A stretch of 63,110 bases of DNA, the filler included, from Nemertoderma westbladi (lineage: Eukaryota; Animalia; Xenacoelomorpha): the NCBI GenBank assembly GCA_032718475.1. It is 3 parts of 3 records of this genome, joined end to end, with 100 filler letters (N's around TTAATTAATTAA, not from the genome) between each part and the next. Parts side by side here need not be neighbours in the genome. Positions count along the whole stretch, not along the records: positions 24,122 to 54,967 come from JAUCBJ010008011.1; 2 more parts are not named here. The stretch is one strand, 5' to 3'. The notes under the pieces were generated by a model. The model had not been told where the DNA came from. It was given only the letters and a program-made list of their open reading frames with translations, and searched no databases. The translations under genes were made by a program, and so were the position numbers. This document shows, one piece after another, positions 40,601 to 52,162 of this stretch (position 1 is the first letter of the stretch; each line of letters starts with the position of its first letter).

Positions 40601-41708
40601 GATATCCATCCCCCGCCGTCTCTCGTCCACCCATTCGACCGCCGAAGCGGGAGTCGCCAACGTTGTAGCGGGCGGACGAGGGACAACGGGCGACAAATCA
40701 TGAATATTTCGCTCGGGGTCCAGGACTTGAACTGTCTCCTGGGCAGTTCTACTGGGCACAGGTAGCTTAGTGCTATGCAGAGGGAATTTAGAGGTAGTCT
40801 CAGGGAGCACAGGTGTGTCTATCACCGAAGGGGTGATTTCAAGAACAGGCCTAATTATTTCAGGCTCATCTACTATAGTAGGGAGTCTTTCTATTTTAAT
40901 TATTTGGTCTGTGGGCTCTGTACTACCTAAGTTGGTGTTATTTAGTTGCCTTCTAACAGCTGGAGGCAAATCAGGCAATTTCTGACGGTGGAATGTTCTT
41001 TTACGTCTGCTTAAACGAGATCTATTTCCTTTGCCTTCAGTATCGGTGGTATCGCCTTCCTCAGATGATGTATATCCCTGTCTTTTGGGAGTAGATCGAT
41101 TCATCATCTGCATATTACTAGCTGTTAACTGTTTATTTATGCAGTCTTGATTCTCCTGAATGTTTTCCAATTCTAATTGGATGGTTTCTTCAGCCGCCCT
41201 CCGTTCTGCTTCTGCTACTGCTATTTTTCTTTCCGCTTCGGCCGCAGCTGCCGCCTTTGCCTCTGTCGCTGCCGCTTCTGCCTCTGCCGCTGCCGCTTTT
41301 GCCTCTGCCGCTGCCTCTGCCGCTGCCGCTTTTGCCTCTGCCGCTGCCTCTGCCGCTTTTCTATCCGCTTCTGCCGCTGCCACTGCCGCTGCTGCTGTCT
41401 TTCTATCTTCTATCCGTTTTTTTCTTTACTTGTTCTTCTTGGACTCGTGTCAGGCGGAGTTGTTCATCAAATTTAGCCTGATTCGCAGCCCTCATTTCCA
41501 CATCGATGGCATCCAACACAAGCTTGGTTCCCTCACTATTAGGGCTAAGTCCCTCTAACCTTCTCCTCAACTCGTCATTACCTAAAAAACGTTGATAGTC
41601 TGACAGATAGATGTCAATGGCATCCCTCTTATGCGGTTTCTCTGCTGTCACTTCGCTCTCGGTTGTATCTAGTAGACTGTCTGACAGGTTCTGCTTTGCG
41701 TCAGACAT
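37604..41708 (-). CDS. BEL/Pao Gag-protease polyprotein fused to an RNase H C-terminal remnant; one frameshift in an A7 run near 41420
   Basis: KFNGDEMKW..EKLRYL..LEG (DUF1759-like), triple Cys/His knuckle CVLCDGPH..CYNCLRRGH..CAKCGAKHHILLH, ALLDSGS protease, then directly WRYCPKTMNIADIASRG. Removing one A joins ORF 41403-41708 to ORF 37604-41383. Confidence 0.9.
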
Positions 41709-43199
41709 GCTTATGTGTACAGTTGAATGTCTACTGCTGTATTACAGTCTGAGCAAGTCTAGTAACTCAGTATTAACTGCTAGCCTAGTAATTAATTACC
41801 GGTACTACTACTCAGTGTAGCGTGGTATATATAATATATTAGAATACCGGTATGCTTATAGTATATATAACTATTATTACAGACTAGGTTTATCACAGAA
41901 TACCGGTATAACTTTAGCACAAATATATATAAATATATAATAGGCCTATCGGGAATACCGGTATACAGCTTACAGTTTGTAGTATATATAATTCTGGACT
42001 AGAATTAATTACAAGTACCAGTATAATTTCAGCCTAAATTTATAGAAATAAAGATAATAGGCCTATCGTAAATACCGGTATGCAGTTTACACTTATAGTG
42101 TATATATATAAGTATAATTACAAACTAGAATTAATTACAGAATACCGGTATGATTTCAACCTAAAATTTATAGAAATAAATATAATAAGCTTATTGTAAA
42201 TACCGGTATATCAATTATTTTAAATAACTGAATTTCTGAATTTCAAGGGTTACTTGGTTACTTACTTACTTTATTGCCGTTATTTAAGCAGTAGTCCAAC
42301 TGATATTGAGACCTAATGGTTGTATGGTAGGCCTACGATTTATAAATCGTTAGATTTGATTTATAATATATATATACCCGTTTAATGGGTTTTGTCAATG
42401 TTGAAATAAATGTTATTATTTCTGGGGTAATCACTACACAAAGCGGTACGCTTTCAGTGAAGTGTTACTTATAGGACACTAAAACAAATAATTCTAATTT
42501 ACCTAAGTTACTTAATACTACAAATTACGTACAATTCGGGTGAGATTACAATCTCTAAATAAACACAAAAATTTACAAAAACACAAAAATACGAATTTTT
42601 TAGGGTAATTTTACAAGAAGTCTACAAACCAGCCTAACAAAGGGTTAGAATTCTGGTTATTACAACGGACAGGGTACTACGGTATTTGAAATAATAAGTA
42701 GTAGTAAATATACTGCGTTGTCCAGATAGAAAAATACCACCGCCTGACGACCTATAGCCGTATCGCTATAGGTTCTACGTTATGTATCACGGAGTGTTCC
42801 TACCTAGAAGTTAATAGAGCTAATCGAAAGTGCCTATCAACCACTTTACAACACAAATGTAATGCCTACACTAATTACTTTCGGAAAGCAATGTACACTA
42901 AACCCTAAATTAGGTACGAGTACTTGTATAACATATAATCTGTAGTTAAATATACTTGAACAGCTAAAAGAACCACGGCATCTGCTGGAGTGACCGATGC
43001 ACAAAATCACCAGTCTTTACCTACGCCAAGCAGCCCGTGTAGTACCGGGGTTAATTTAACTATAGCGGTATGTATAACAAACACAATTACTGTAGGAACA
43101 AACTTGGGGAATGAATGTTGCGGATAATCGCATAAACTCTGAATAATAAATATTACGCTACGCGTACAAACTACTCAAACAAAATGCAGACCGAACACT

Positions 43200-43715
43200 G
43201 ACAGACTACTATCAAGCCTAAACAAACCACGGTATATGCAGACTCCGAAATAATTAGGTAGTATGCGTTCTAACCCAGTAGTACGACTTATTCTTTAGTT
43301 GGGGGTTTACCTTACAGCATTCGCTGCCCCTACTTCCTAACAGTTCTTTATCGGACAAGTGATCTACACACGCTGCAATCCGTTCAGACCCAATAACAGC
43401 CAGACAACTATCCAGCCTACAAATTATCTAAATAAATATTATACGCTACCCATACAGACTTACACAAACAAAGTACAGACTAAACGATGGCAGACTACTC
43501 TCAAGCCTAAATAAACTACAGGACATGCAGACTCCGAAATGATTAGGTAGTATGCGTTCTAACCCAGTAGTACGACTTATTCTTTAGTTGGGGGTTTACC
43601 TTACAGCATCTGCTGCCCCTACTTCCTAACCGTACTTAATCGGACAGGTGCTCTACACACACTGTAATCCGTTCAGACCTAACAGCAATCAGACAACAGC
43701 TCAGCCTACAAATTG
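43200..43715. repeat. ~290-bp direct duplication in the BEL 5' leader
   Basis: CAGACTACT.TCAAGCCTAAA...GGTAGTATGCGTTCTAACCCAGTAGTACGAC at ~43202 and ~43491. Confidence 0.9.
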
Positions 43716-44040
43716 TCTGTACAATCTGATCAGGCTTACACGCCTTCTGTTCAATACTGGCCTACAAACAAATAAAACTTGACAGAAATAAGTAAAATCT
43801 CAATAAAAACCAGGCGTCCCCGATTAATTATTAAGACCTACCGGCATATATAATCAAATCGAATAATACTGCTGTACTTATACTGGAAGTACCGGTTAGG
43901 ACAGTTGGGCCTACGGACCTACAGAAGTACCGGTTCTGGCAGTTGGGCCTACTGACCTACAGATGTACCGTTCAGGTTTACCGGTTGACCGGTACTTTCA
44001 ACTTTATTGCTTACTGCAATAAAGAAGCTATATCCGTTAT

Positions 44041-45297
44041 TGTTCGCGCTTTCAGACCTTTGGCAGTTTAACCCGCCAAATTAGGATGTCTTCTAGATAA
44101 TAAATCGCTTTAGCCTCTAACAAGTATTTGATTCACTACACTAGTTGAAACCAATCTGTGCGCGATCATTCACCCGTTGGATATACCCGGGAGATTGATT
44201 TCGACAGCTTAATCTTATTGCTATGTAAGCCTAATGTATTATTCGACTGACAGTATTATATAATCTCTGACAATATTATTCACCTTCGGGAAATATTAAC
44301 AGTTCCTTTAGGACGTGGCGCTCTATCTATATAAACAGAGTTATGACTTAAACTACTCACAACGATATGGCTTAGTTACAATTCACATATATGGCGCATT
44401 CTTTAGGAAATGCTTCGTTATCAGTCTCACTCATACACAATGCTGCACAATACTGCACACTGATCTGCCGATCTTCACTGATTTTAGTCACATATAAAAG
44501 GAACACGGACCGAATCATGTAGGGTCTATCAAATAACATTAGATTCACTTCAAACCACTTAACATAGGTCGCAATCATTTATCTGTAACCTTTCTCTCTT
44601 ACCTTCGGTATATCAAGAATATTGGGTTTTCGGGGTTATTTGTCGTTATTCCAAATATAATAATTCATCAACCATATTATGAAGAACTGACAGTAAATAG
44701 CAGTATAACAATATAAAGTATGCACAGTGTTACACAGTATGCACTGTATGCAGTACTGCAGTATGCAGTATGCAGTATGCAGATAACGGATATATGTCCT
44801 TATAATTAAGCCTACTAGTGTAGGGCTAAAGCAGAAAAGCACAAAATACTCCAAAGCCGTTCTTCCTGGCTTAGAATCACCAACAACACTGAAAAGAATA
44901 ACTATAAGAATACCAGCTACCCTTATTCCACGAAGCTCCCGTCCAACACAGAGAAAGAGCAGTGAGATAGGAAAATTCAGTTCAGTAGCTCTGTGATAGG
45001 TCAAAATCAAAGCCAACTCAAATCCTATTGGCAGATACAGAAAGCAGGGCTATGGGGCAACGTGGCAATATCAGCCGTTAGCCGTCGTCATGGTAGCGAC
45101 ACTGTTTTCAAGAGTATCGAGCTTTTTACGTCACGAAATTACAGATTATGTCCTCTAAAGTACAAATACAGAAGAAATGGCTTTTATGTCCTCCAAAACA
45201 CCAGTACAGCAAGGACACGGCCTTTTTATGCCTGGTAAACCAACCACAGAGTACTTTACGGGGATAATAACCGGCTAATTACGCAAAAGCTTTTACA
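44041..45297 (-). repeat. 5' LTR
   Basis: Copy of 33340-34596; I noticed only two substitutions (near 44744 and 45152). Confidence 0.97.
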
Positions 45298-45371
45298 CTG
45301 TTTCCTAAAGGAATGCCTGTTCACCACCATGGGTGATCTTCCACAGTAAGCCCTTCCACACTGTTTCCCAA

Positions 45372-45535
45372 GTTGCCTTAGTTCCCATTTATCGACCAGT
45401 TAGGATGAAAGCCAGGGTTGGGCTAGGCTGCAGCATTTAAAGCACTGGTCCCAAACAGTGCTGCCCCATCTAGGGATCGAACCAGTGCTTCCTGATTGGG
45501 AGCCCAGGAATGTCACCACTAGACCAAGCTGCTGC
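45372..45535 (-). mobile_element. tRNA-derived SINE head and conserved body; its 3' part is the 63-bp satellite and ends near 31730
   Basis: Box A TGGTCTAGTGG (45516-45526) and Box B GGTTCGATCCC (45473-45483) on the minus strand, then GGCTTTCATCCT..GGTCGATAAATGGGAAC, resembling a conserved SINE central domain. Confidence 0.8.
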
Positions 45536-45774
45536 TTATGCTAATTATATATATATACAATCTGGATAAAAAATAAGTGATTTTGGGGAAAATAATAATT
45601 TAAATAAAATTAAAATAATTAAAATAAAATAATTTTTTTTTGAGAAAACTAGTTTTGGGATAACTAGCAGTGAGAAGAGGTGATTCTTTAGGTACTTTAT
45701 AAAACCGCCTCGAGATTTTATATAATTTAATATTTTGGGGAAGGTTATTCCATATTATTCATTATTTAGTTGAT

Positions 45775-47150
45775 CAAGAGTGGGTTGGTTCAGCCCCGTC
45801 AACTAAATAAGTCATTGAGGGCTATAGTGCCTAGGGCACCATTGAAGGCAAAGGCTTGATACGCATCTGCATTAGAGATGATACAAGCCCCGCCCTGTCT
45901 ATACTGGATGCTCCTGTTAGGTAACCTAACCCAGGAGGCACACTTGGTTCAGGGTGTAACAAATGGACCCCTACAGTCGGCAGCAGGGCTGTAGGCCATG
46001 GATAGGCGGAAGGTAATCAACCAACGGCTAGACATGCTGACAAGGTCGGCGGAAGGTAATCAACCAACAGCGACCTACTGTGAAGACGCTTGTAGGAGTT
46101 GCGACCACAAGCGGTTTACTCCCGCAACTGAAAGATATGAGTATGAGAACCCTCCAGGAGAAATACCGGCTCGGTCGTCGCCCGGGTCAACAAGGACCGC
46201 GTCCCTCAGTGGTACACCAGGCTGGGGTCGATAAATTGGCTACTGGAACAGAAGACAGAGAAGAAAGAAGAACCAACCTGTTGAAATGTAAAAAGACACT
46301 AAAGATTGCTACAATGAACGCACGCACGTTGAAAGCACAGAGCAAACAGGGTGACATGGTCGCTCTGGCAATGGAATATAACATCGACATCATCTGCATC
46401 CAAGAACATCGGATTTGTCACGAAGACACTGCCATGAAGTACAATGACATTGGAAATGGATGGACGTTAGTAACAAGCTCAGCAGTAAGAAACTCTGCCA
46501 ATGCATTAATTGGTGGAGTAGGAATTCTGCTAAGCCCATTTGCACTTAAGACCCTAAACAACATCGAATCTATAAATTCCAGGGTTATGATCGCAACATT
46601 TGATGGGAATCCCAAGACAACAGTTATATGTTGCTACAGTCCAACCAATGCATCAGAGCCAGAACAAGCAGTCAAGTTTTATGAAGAACTGACTGGACTT
46701 ATTAAGGACATCCCGAAACACAATGTTAAAGTCATTGCTGGTGACCTGAATGCGCAAATTGGCCCAGAAGACATCAAGGGTTACACCTATAACACCAGTT
46801 CTAACAGGAATGGGTACTTACTGTACTTTTAGACCTAATGGAAGAATGTGAATTGATACCAACAAACAACACATTCGAAAAGAGTAAGGGGAAGCTATGG
46901 ACCTTTCAATACCCTAATGGAACCAAAGCACAACTGGATTACATCCTTATAAACAAAAAGTGGAGAAATAGCATGATCAACTGCGAGGCATACAGCTCGT
47001 TCAACCTAATTGGTTCGGACCACAGAATTGTGACTGCAGAGATCAGACTCAGTTTGAGAGCCAGCAAACCCAGGACAAGCAAGCAAATCAACTATGACTG
47101 GGAGAAACTCAGAACTGACAATGCTGTAAAGGATGCTTATACAGTAGAAG
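45775..47150 (+). mobile_element. 5' part of an RTE-clade LINE (5' UTR + APE endonuclease), frameshifted near 46825, 3' part missing
   Basis: IATMNARTL, ICIQEHR, GGVGILL, CYSPTN, AGDLNAQIG, QLDYILI, GSDHRIV. Confidence 0.92.
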
Positions 47151-49331
47151 AGATTACAAGAGATTACCTGTGGTGTACCGCAAGGTAGTATATTAGGTCC
47201 TCTGCTTTTTGTATGCTATGTAAATGATATGATAAGTAGTATAGATCCCGATTTTAAACTCATTTTATATGCCGACGACAGTGCTCTTATTTTCTCTCAT
47301 AAAGATCCTATTCATATTTCCCAAAAGTTAAGTGCAGTTCTAGAATCCTGTAATGAGTGGTTGGTTGATAATAAGCTATCCATTCACTACGGTAAGACTG
47401 AAAGTATTTTGTTTGGTTCCAAAAGAAAGTTAAAGAAGGTAATTAAGTTTGAAGTCACTAGTAATGGACATGAGATTGAAAATAAAAAGGAAGTTAAATA
47501 TTTAGGCGCCACATTGGATAACTGCTTATCAGGAGAAAGTACAGTGAAAAATATTTTCTCGAAAGTTAACAGTAGGCTTACGTTTCTATACAGAAATAAA
47601 AATAGTTTGAACACCGACTCCCGCAAGTTACTTTGCTCTTCTTTAATACAGTGTCACATGGACTACAACATGCTCTTCTTGGTATGAAGGCTTAACCAAA
47701 CAGCTTAAATGTAAATTACAAGTAGCTCAGAATAAAGTAGTACGATTTATTAAAGACTACAATCCTAGGCACCACCTAACTCCAGATGACTTTTCTGAAT
47801 CTGGACTACTTAACTTAGATAGTAGAGTTAAGCAGCTACGCCTTAACCATGTGCATAAAGTGTATAATGGTAAATGTCCCAATTACATAAAACAAAAATT
47901 CAACAGAGTACGTGATTTTTTTTTATCAACGATTAAATATAATTATATAGCGCTTTTATTAATTCAACTATGAAACACTATTAATAAATGAATGGCACTG
48001 TTTTGAAACAAATAGCTAATAAAGGCCACTGAACTGTTACACTTGAATGATATTAATGGATAATTTCTTTATAATTAACATTAAAGGGGAGTTAGGGAGA
48101 GGGGTACATCTCCCTGTCCAAATCCCTGACTCCCGCCCCGTCCCCGAACCCCAGACCCCTCCAGGGCCTCCTTCCACCGCGGAAGCACAGAGAGTTTGCC
48201 CTTAATAAGGCGAACTGCAGTCGCCTTCTCACAGCCCCAGGACTGCTCCCAACCCCCGCTGCCTCATCCCCGCCCTCCTCACCACCAGTGCGTCCGCGAG
48301 GTGGCGGATGAATTTCTCGCCCTCGGCGCCCCAGACTCCGTCGGTGGAGCACACGAGGGGGGTGAAGTTCATCCGCCTCGACTCACAGGGCTCCTGGTAG
48401 TGGGCCTTCTTCTCGCGTTCTTTCTGTGAGAGAAGGGTCTCCACAGAGCGGTTTGAACGAACGTAGGAGGTGGCGTCGACATTAATTACAGCGATATCGA
48501 AAGACGCCACCACCTGATTCGTCCAAACCCCCCTGGTGACCAGGTCAGCCCGAACCCCCCCAACCGTCGTCCCCTCCGAGTCCAGGTGCCCATTCCGCAG
48601 CACAACCTCCCGCTCTACGTTCGAGTTCCCGTACGCCTCTGCGAGGAGGTCCCCAAACACGTCACGGATCTCGTTGTGACGGCGGGTGATCAACCCTCCA
48701 ACCTTGCAACTGAGGGCGTGTGACGTGTCGAATGGCACGTAGTAGACACAGAGTTCGTGATACACACTCTTATACTGTAGTACCAGAGCTAGTGCTTCAA
48801 ACTTCTACCTCCCGAATTGTAAATCCTTTGAATCTGTTACTTTCTTTTTTAACGGCATTAAAAATTGGAACGCTCTGCCTAATGAAATTAAAAACCTAAA
48901 TAATCAACATTCTTTTAAATCTGCAGTTAAATCTCACCTCCGTGTGCAATGTAAAAATAGGTACAATAGTCCTACAGTAAGTTATTAGTTTATTAATTAT
49001 TTACTATTTATACTGTAATTACGTTTTAGAATAAATTGTTCTGTACATTACATTTTTATCGTTGAGTCGGACATTGTCACGCTCTCGGTAAAGCTGTACA
49101 TGTACATAGTGTAATTACGTTTTATATTGGTTTTAGGTTAGCGTAGTGTAATATTGTATTTGTAACCAAGTAACATAAAGGACCCCCTTGGAAATAAGCT
49201 GCAAAGCTTTAGGGGTAATCCTATATGTTATGTTGGACAATACCATTATACCGGTACATTGTTTGGTGTATTTGTTATTGTTTTTTACATAATGTATAAA
49301 TAAATCTATCTATCAATCTATCTATCTATCT
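47151..49331 (+). mobile_element. 5'-truncated CR1-group (Crack/Daphne-like) LINE with (TCTA)n tail
   Basis: CGVPQGSILGPLLF..YVNDM, LYADDS, KYLG, NWNALP; 3' UTR ends AATAAATCTATCTATC (49298-49331). Interrupted by the CRE copy. Confidence 0.88.
47917..48747 (-). mobile_element. 5'-truncated CRE-like non-LTR element (restriction-like endonuclease domain)
   Basis: HALSCKVGG..RRHNEIRD..RADLVTRGVW..FDIAV..EKKAHY..FTPLVCSTDG; AATAAA plus poly(A) on the minus strand; 14-bp TSD ACAGAGT(A/T)CGTGAT at 47903-47916 and 48748-48761. Confidence 0.88.
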
Positions 49332-49445
49332 AAGAAGTCTAAAGATACGCGCTGCTTTTTTATGTGAGGTATTCTGAGCTTTTTTTGAGCTGTTTTTCTA
49401 GCTGTTTTCTAGATTTTTTTGAGCTTTTTTTCTAGTTTTTTTTTT

Positions 49446-50040
49446 GAGCCATATTCAGATTATTCGTACCAGACAATTCGTACTGGACAATTTGTACCCG
49501 GAAAATTCGTACCCGGATAATTCGTACCGGACAATTCGTACCCGGTCAATTCGTACCCGACATTTTTTTATGATGGGTACGAATTGTCCGGGAGAAAGAA
49601 CAAAAATATTTATCAAAATTGATAACTAACACGTATTCTACAACATTTATAAAAAAAAGTAGAAAAAACTAGCTAATATAAAAAATAAGAAATGTGTTCA
49701 AGAACAAAAAAATGTGTTCTAGAATAAAAATAATCATCAAAATTGATAGCTAAACTCGTGTTGTATACCATTTGATTTATAAAATAAGTAGCTAAAACTA
49801 GCTAGTATAAAAAATCAATATAGCGTACTTTCACAAGTCACTAGTCAGTACCCGGACAATTCGTACCCGTCAAAAAAAAATTTTGGGTACAAATTGTCCG
49901 GGTACGAATTGTCCGGTACGAATTGTCCGGGTACAAATTGTCCGGTACGAATTGTCCGGGTACGAATTGTCCGGTACGAATTGTCCGGGTACGAATTGTC
50001 CGGGTACGAATTGTCCGGGTACGAATTGTCCGGAGAGACC
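49446..50040. mobile_element. Foldback-type MITE with inverted arrays of 14-15-bp GGACAATTCGTACCC repeats
   Basis: Forward copies at 49460-49560, reverse copies at 49886-50035, with an AT-rich core between them. Confidence 0.75.
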
Positions 50041-50480
50041 ATATTCTGTTTTTGTGAGATTTAAAGATGACATATTGTCTATTAACCGTTGGTCAATATT
50101 GTTTAATTCATAATTTATTGTTTGTAACAACCTATGTGGATTTCTATCAAAGTGGAGAAGTGTGGTATCGTCTGCAAAAAGAGTGGTGATTAATTTTGTG
50201 GAGTTGGGAAGGTCGTTTATATATATTAAAAACAAAGAAGGGGAGATTAGGGACCCTTGTGGAATACCGCAAAGCGAGATTAAAGGATCTGATAGGACGT
50301 ACTGTAGTTGATACTAACTACATGCGGCCGATCCTTTACAAATTCGTTCAGCAATACGTTTTAACGGGACACCCATGATACCGTATGATTCAAGTTCTTC
50401 AACAAAATATTATGGTTAAGCGTATCGAATGCGTTTTTAAGGTCCAGACTGTTCAGACATGCATCACTGTGGTGATTATC
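50041..50480 (-). pseudogene. CR1/L2-group RT fragment truncated by the foldback element
   Basis: GIPQGS..FLIYINDLPN..LFADDTTL..LNLTKTEY. Confidence 0.82.
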
Positions 50481-50958
50481 GAGACAGTTCCATATTTTTT
50501 TCTATGGTAATGAATATAATATTGCATAAACATGACTCAGGAACGTAGACGACACACGATGTATTGTTAATATTAACGAAATATATATTTTACTAATAAA
50601 ATAACAATTATCTTCTGTGCAATGTACTATTTGCAATAAGCACAATCATGATTGGTTGTTAGTCCCCCATTTTTACACTACTTTGTATCAGAAACCTACC
50701 AATCACATTACAACATTTTCTTAAATTTTAGTGGCGAATGCAACTAACCAAAGTGAGCATCAGATAACTGACATCAGTTAATCAGTAATTGTATGCAACT
50801 TCTGGCTTTTTATTTTGTTGTTTTAATTTGTTTTTAATTTGGTTTCACATGGAACCTACCATCAGTTTGTTCTCCTTTCTTCCTTAAATACCATTAACTA
50901 ATCATCTATATTAATTATATTATTATTCTCCTGTTTCCTCCCATAGGAATTCTTCGCA

Positions 50959-51236
50959 ATGAAGACTTCTATATTGTGCTTACTGAGTCTTTGTGTGGGT
51001 TTGGTTTCCACTGAGTCCTGCTCCAACTGCTATGCTGGATGTCCAGGTAACGACGCCACTAATTGCCACAAAGCTTGTGACAGTAAGTGTGAAGAAAAGT
51101 CACTAGATGGTGGTGACTCAAAGGAGAAACGATTTGGTGGAAGTTGCGGCTCCTGTTTCAGTTCCTGTAATGGCGACCCGCAATGCAAAGGATTCTGCAG
51201 CGATGTTTGTTTAGGGAAGAGAGGAACAGAAAAGCG
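50959..51236 (+). CDS. Secreted cysteine-rich multi-peptide precursor, coding exon 1 (signal peptide + peptides 1-2)
   Basis: Acceptor TTTCCTCCCATAG before 50948; ATG 50959; hydrophobic MKTSILCLLSLCVGLVST; two 6-Cys repeats; KR sites; donor CG|GTTAGT at 51237 (phase 2). Confidence 0.85.
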
Positions 51237-52162
51237 GTTAGTTGGTACCATAGTACCGGTAACCATGGAAGTTTAGATGGAAAGTACAGGGATGCATCCA
51301 GTTTTATTTATAACTCATTCCTTATATTTTCAAAGATATCAGGGAGCCGCATGGGCACTATCACCATGCCATATAATCTACTGCAGCTCAGAACAAGTCC
51401 TGTATCATTTCATGGATCCACATTCTTTCTCACCTTTAGATGTGCTATGGATGCATATGGGCAAATGTACCATATTTATATTTTACATTGAGCAATCATA
51501 TATTATAATATCCTATCATAATCATATATTACAATATATTACATATACCTACAGTATAATGTTCTATGGTAGGCCTAAAGTTTACTTCCAAAAGTAAACT
51601 TTGTTAAAGTTGTATCATTGAGCTACAGTATTTCCTATCTTTATAACAGGAGATAGCCAGTCTGTGAGTATTCGGAATAGCATAGCAAAATAGCTTAAGT
51701 ACGCCATCCACTCCGCCACACATACGTCTACCTACAGTTCATACATAAATCATGTGATTATTGTAAGGCTTTTACAACCTCATGAAATGTAATATCTTAA
51801 TTTAAAAAAAATAATAATAGCTGTTCGCTATGGGCAAACAATTGTTCAGGATTAACAATAAACCATCATTATTTTAGAACTTTCTCGAAATGAGCCTTCC
51901 AATTTTGCAATCAATCGGCTGATGATCCAGTTATTACTTTTGACACCATGCTTATTGCTTAGACAAAACTATCGCATTCATGACCAGCATTGAGTGCATC
52001 AATTTTATAATTTGCAAACATAAATTAGAGGGAAGTTCAGAAGGGAAATTATGGGGGAAAGTTAGGAAAGTAATATTTAATGTCTTCCTTCTGTCCCAGT
52101 TACATAATTAATTGTATATCATAAGTTGTTACAGATTTACTTTCCCAATCTTACTTAAACAG

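Larger units (their letters stand above)
33340..45297 (-). mobile_element. BEL/Pao LTR retrotransposon, internally deleted (non-autonomous), recent insertion
   Basis: Two 1257-bp TG..CA LTRs, 5-bp TSD CTGTT (33335-33339 and 45298-45302), short PPT GGGAGCGG (34597-34604, minus) and a BEL-type gag-pro ORF. Confidence 0.96.

Noticed and set aside
45460-45535. Functional tRNA gene
   Set aside because: A and B boxes are present, but I could not build a clean cloverleaf and the sequence continues into a SINE-like body.
51237-51597. Unspliced ending LVGTIVPVTMEV and following ORFs 51183-51597
   Set aside because: Better explained as intron: a good donor at 51237 and an in-frame homologous exon downstream.
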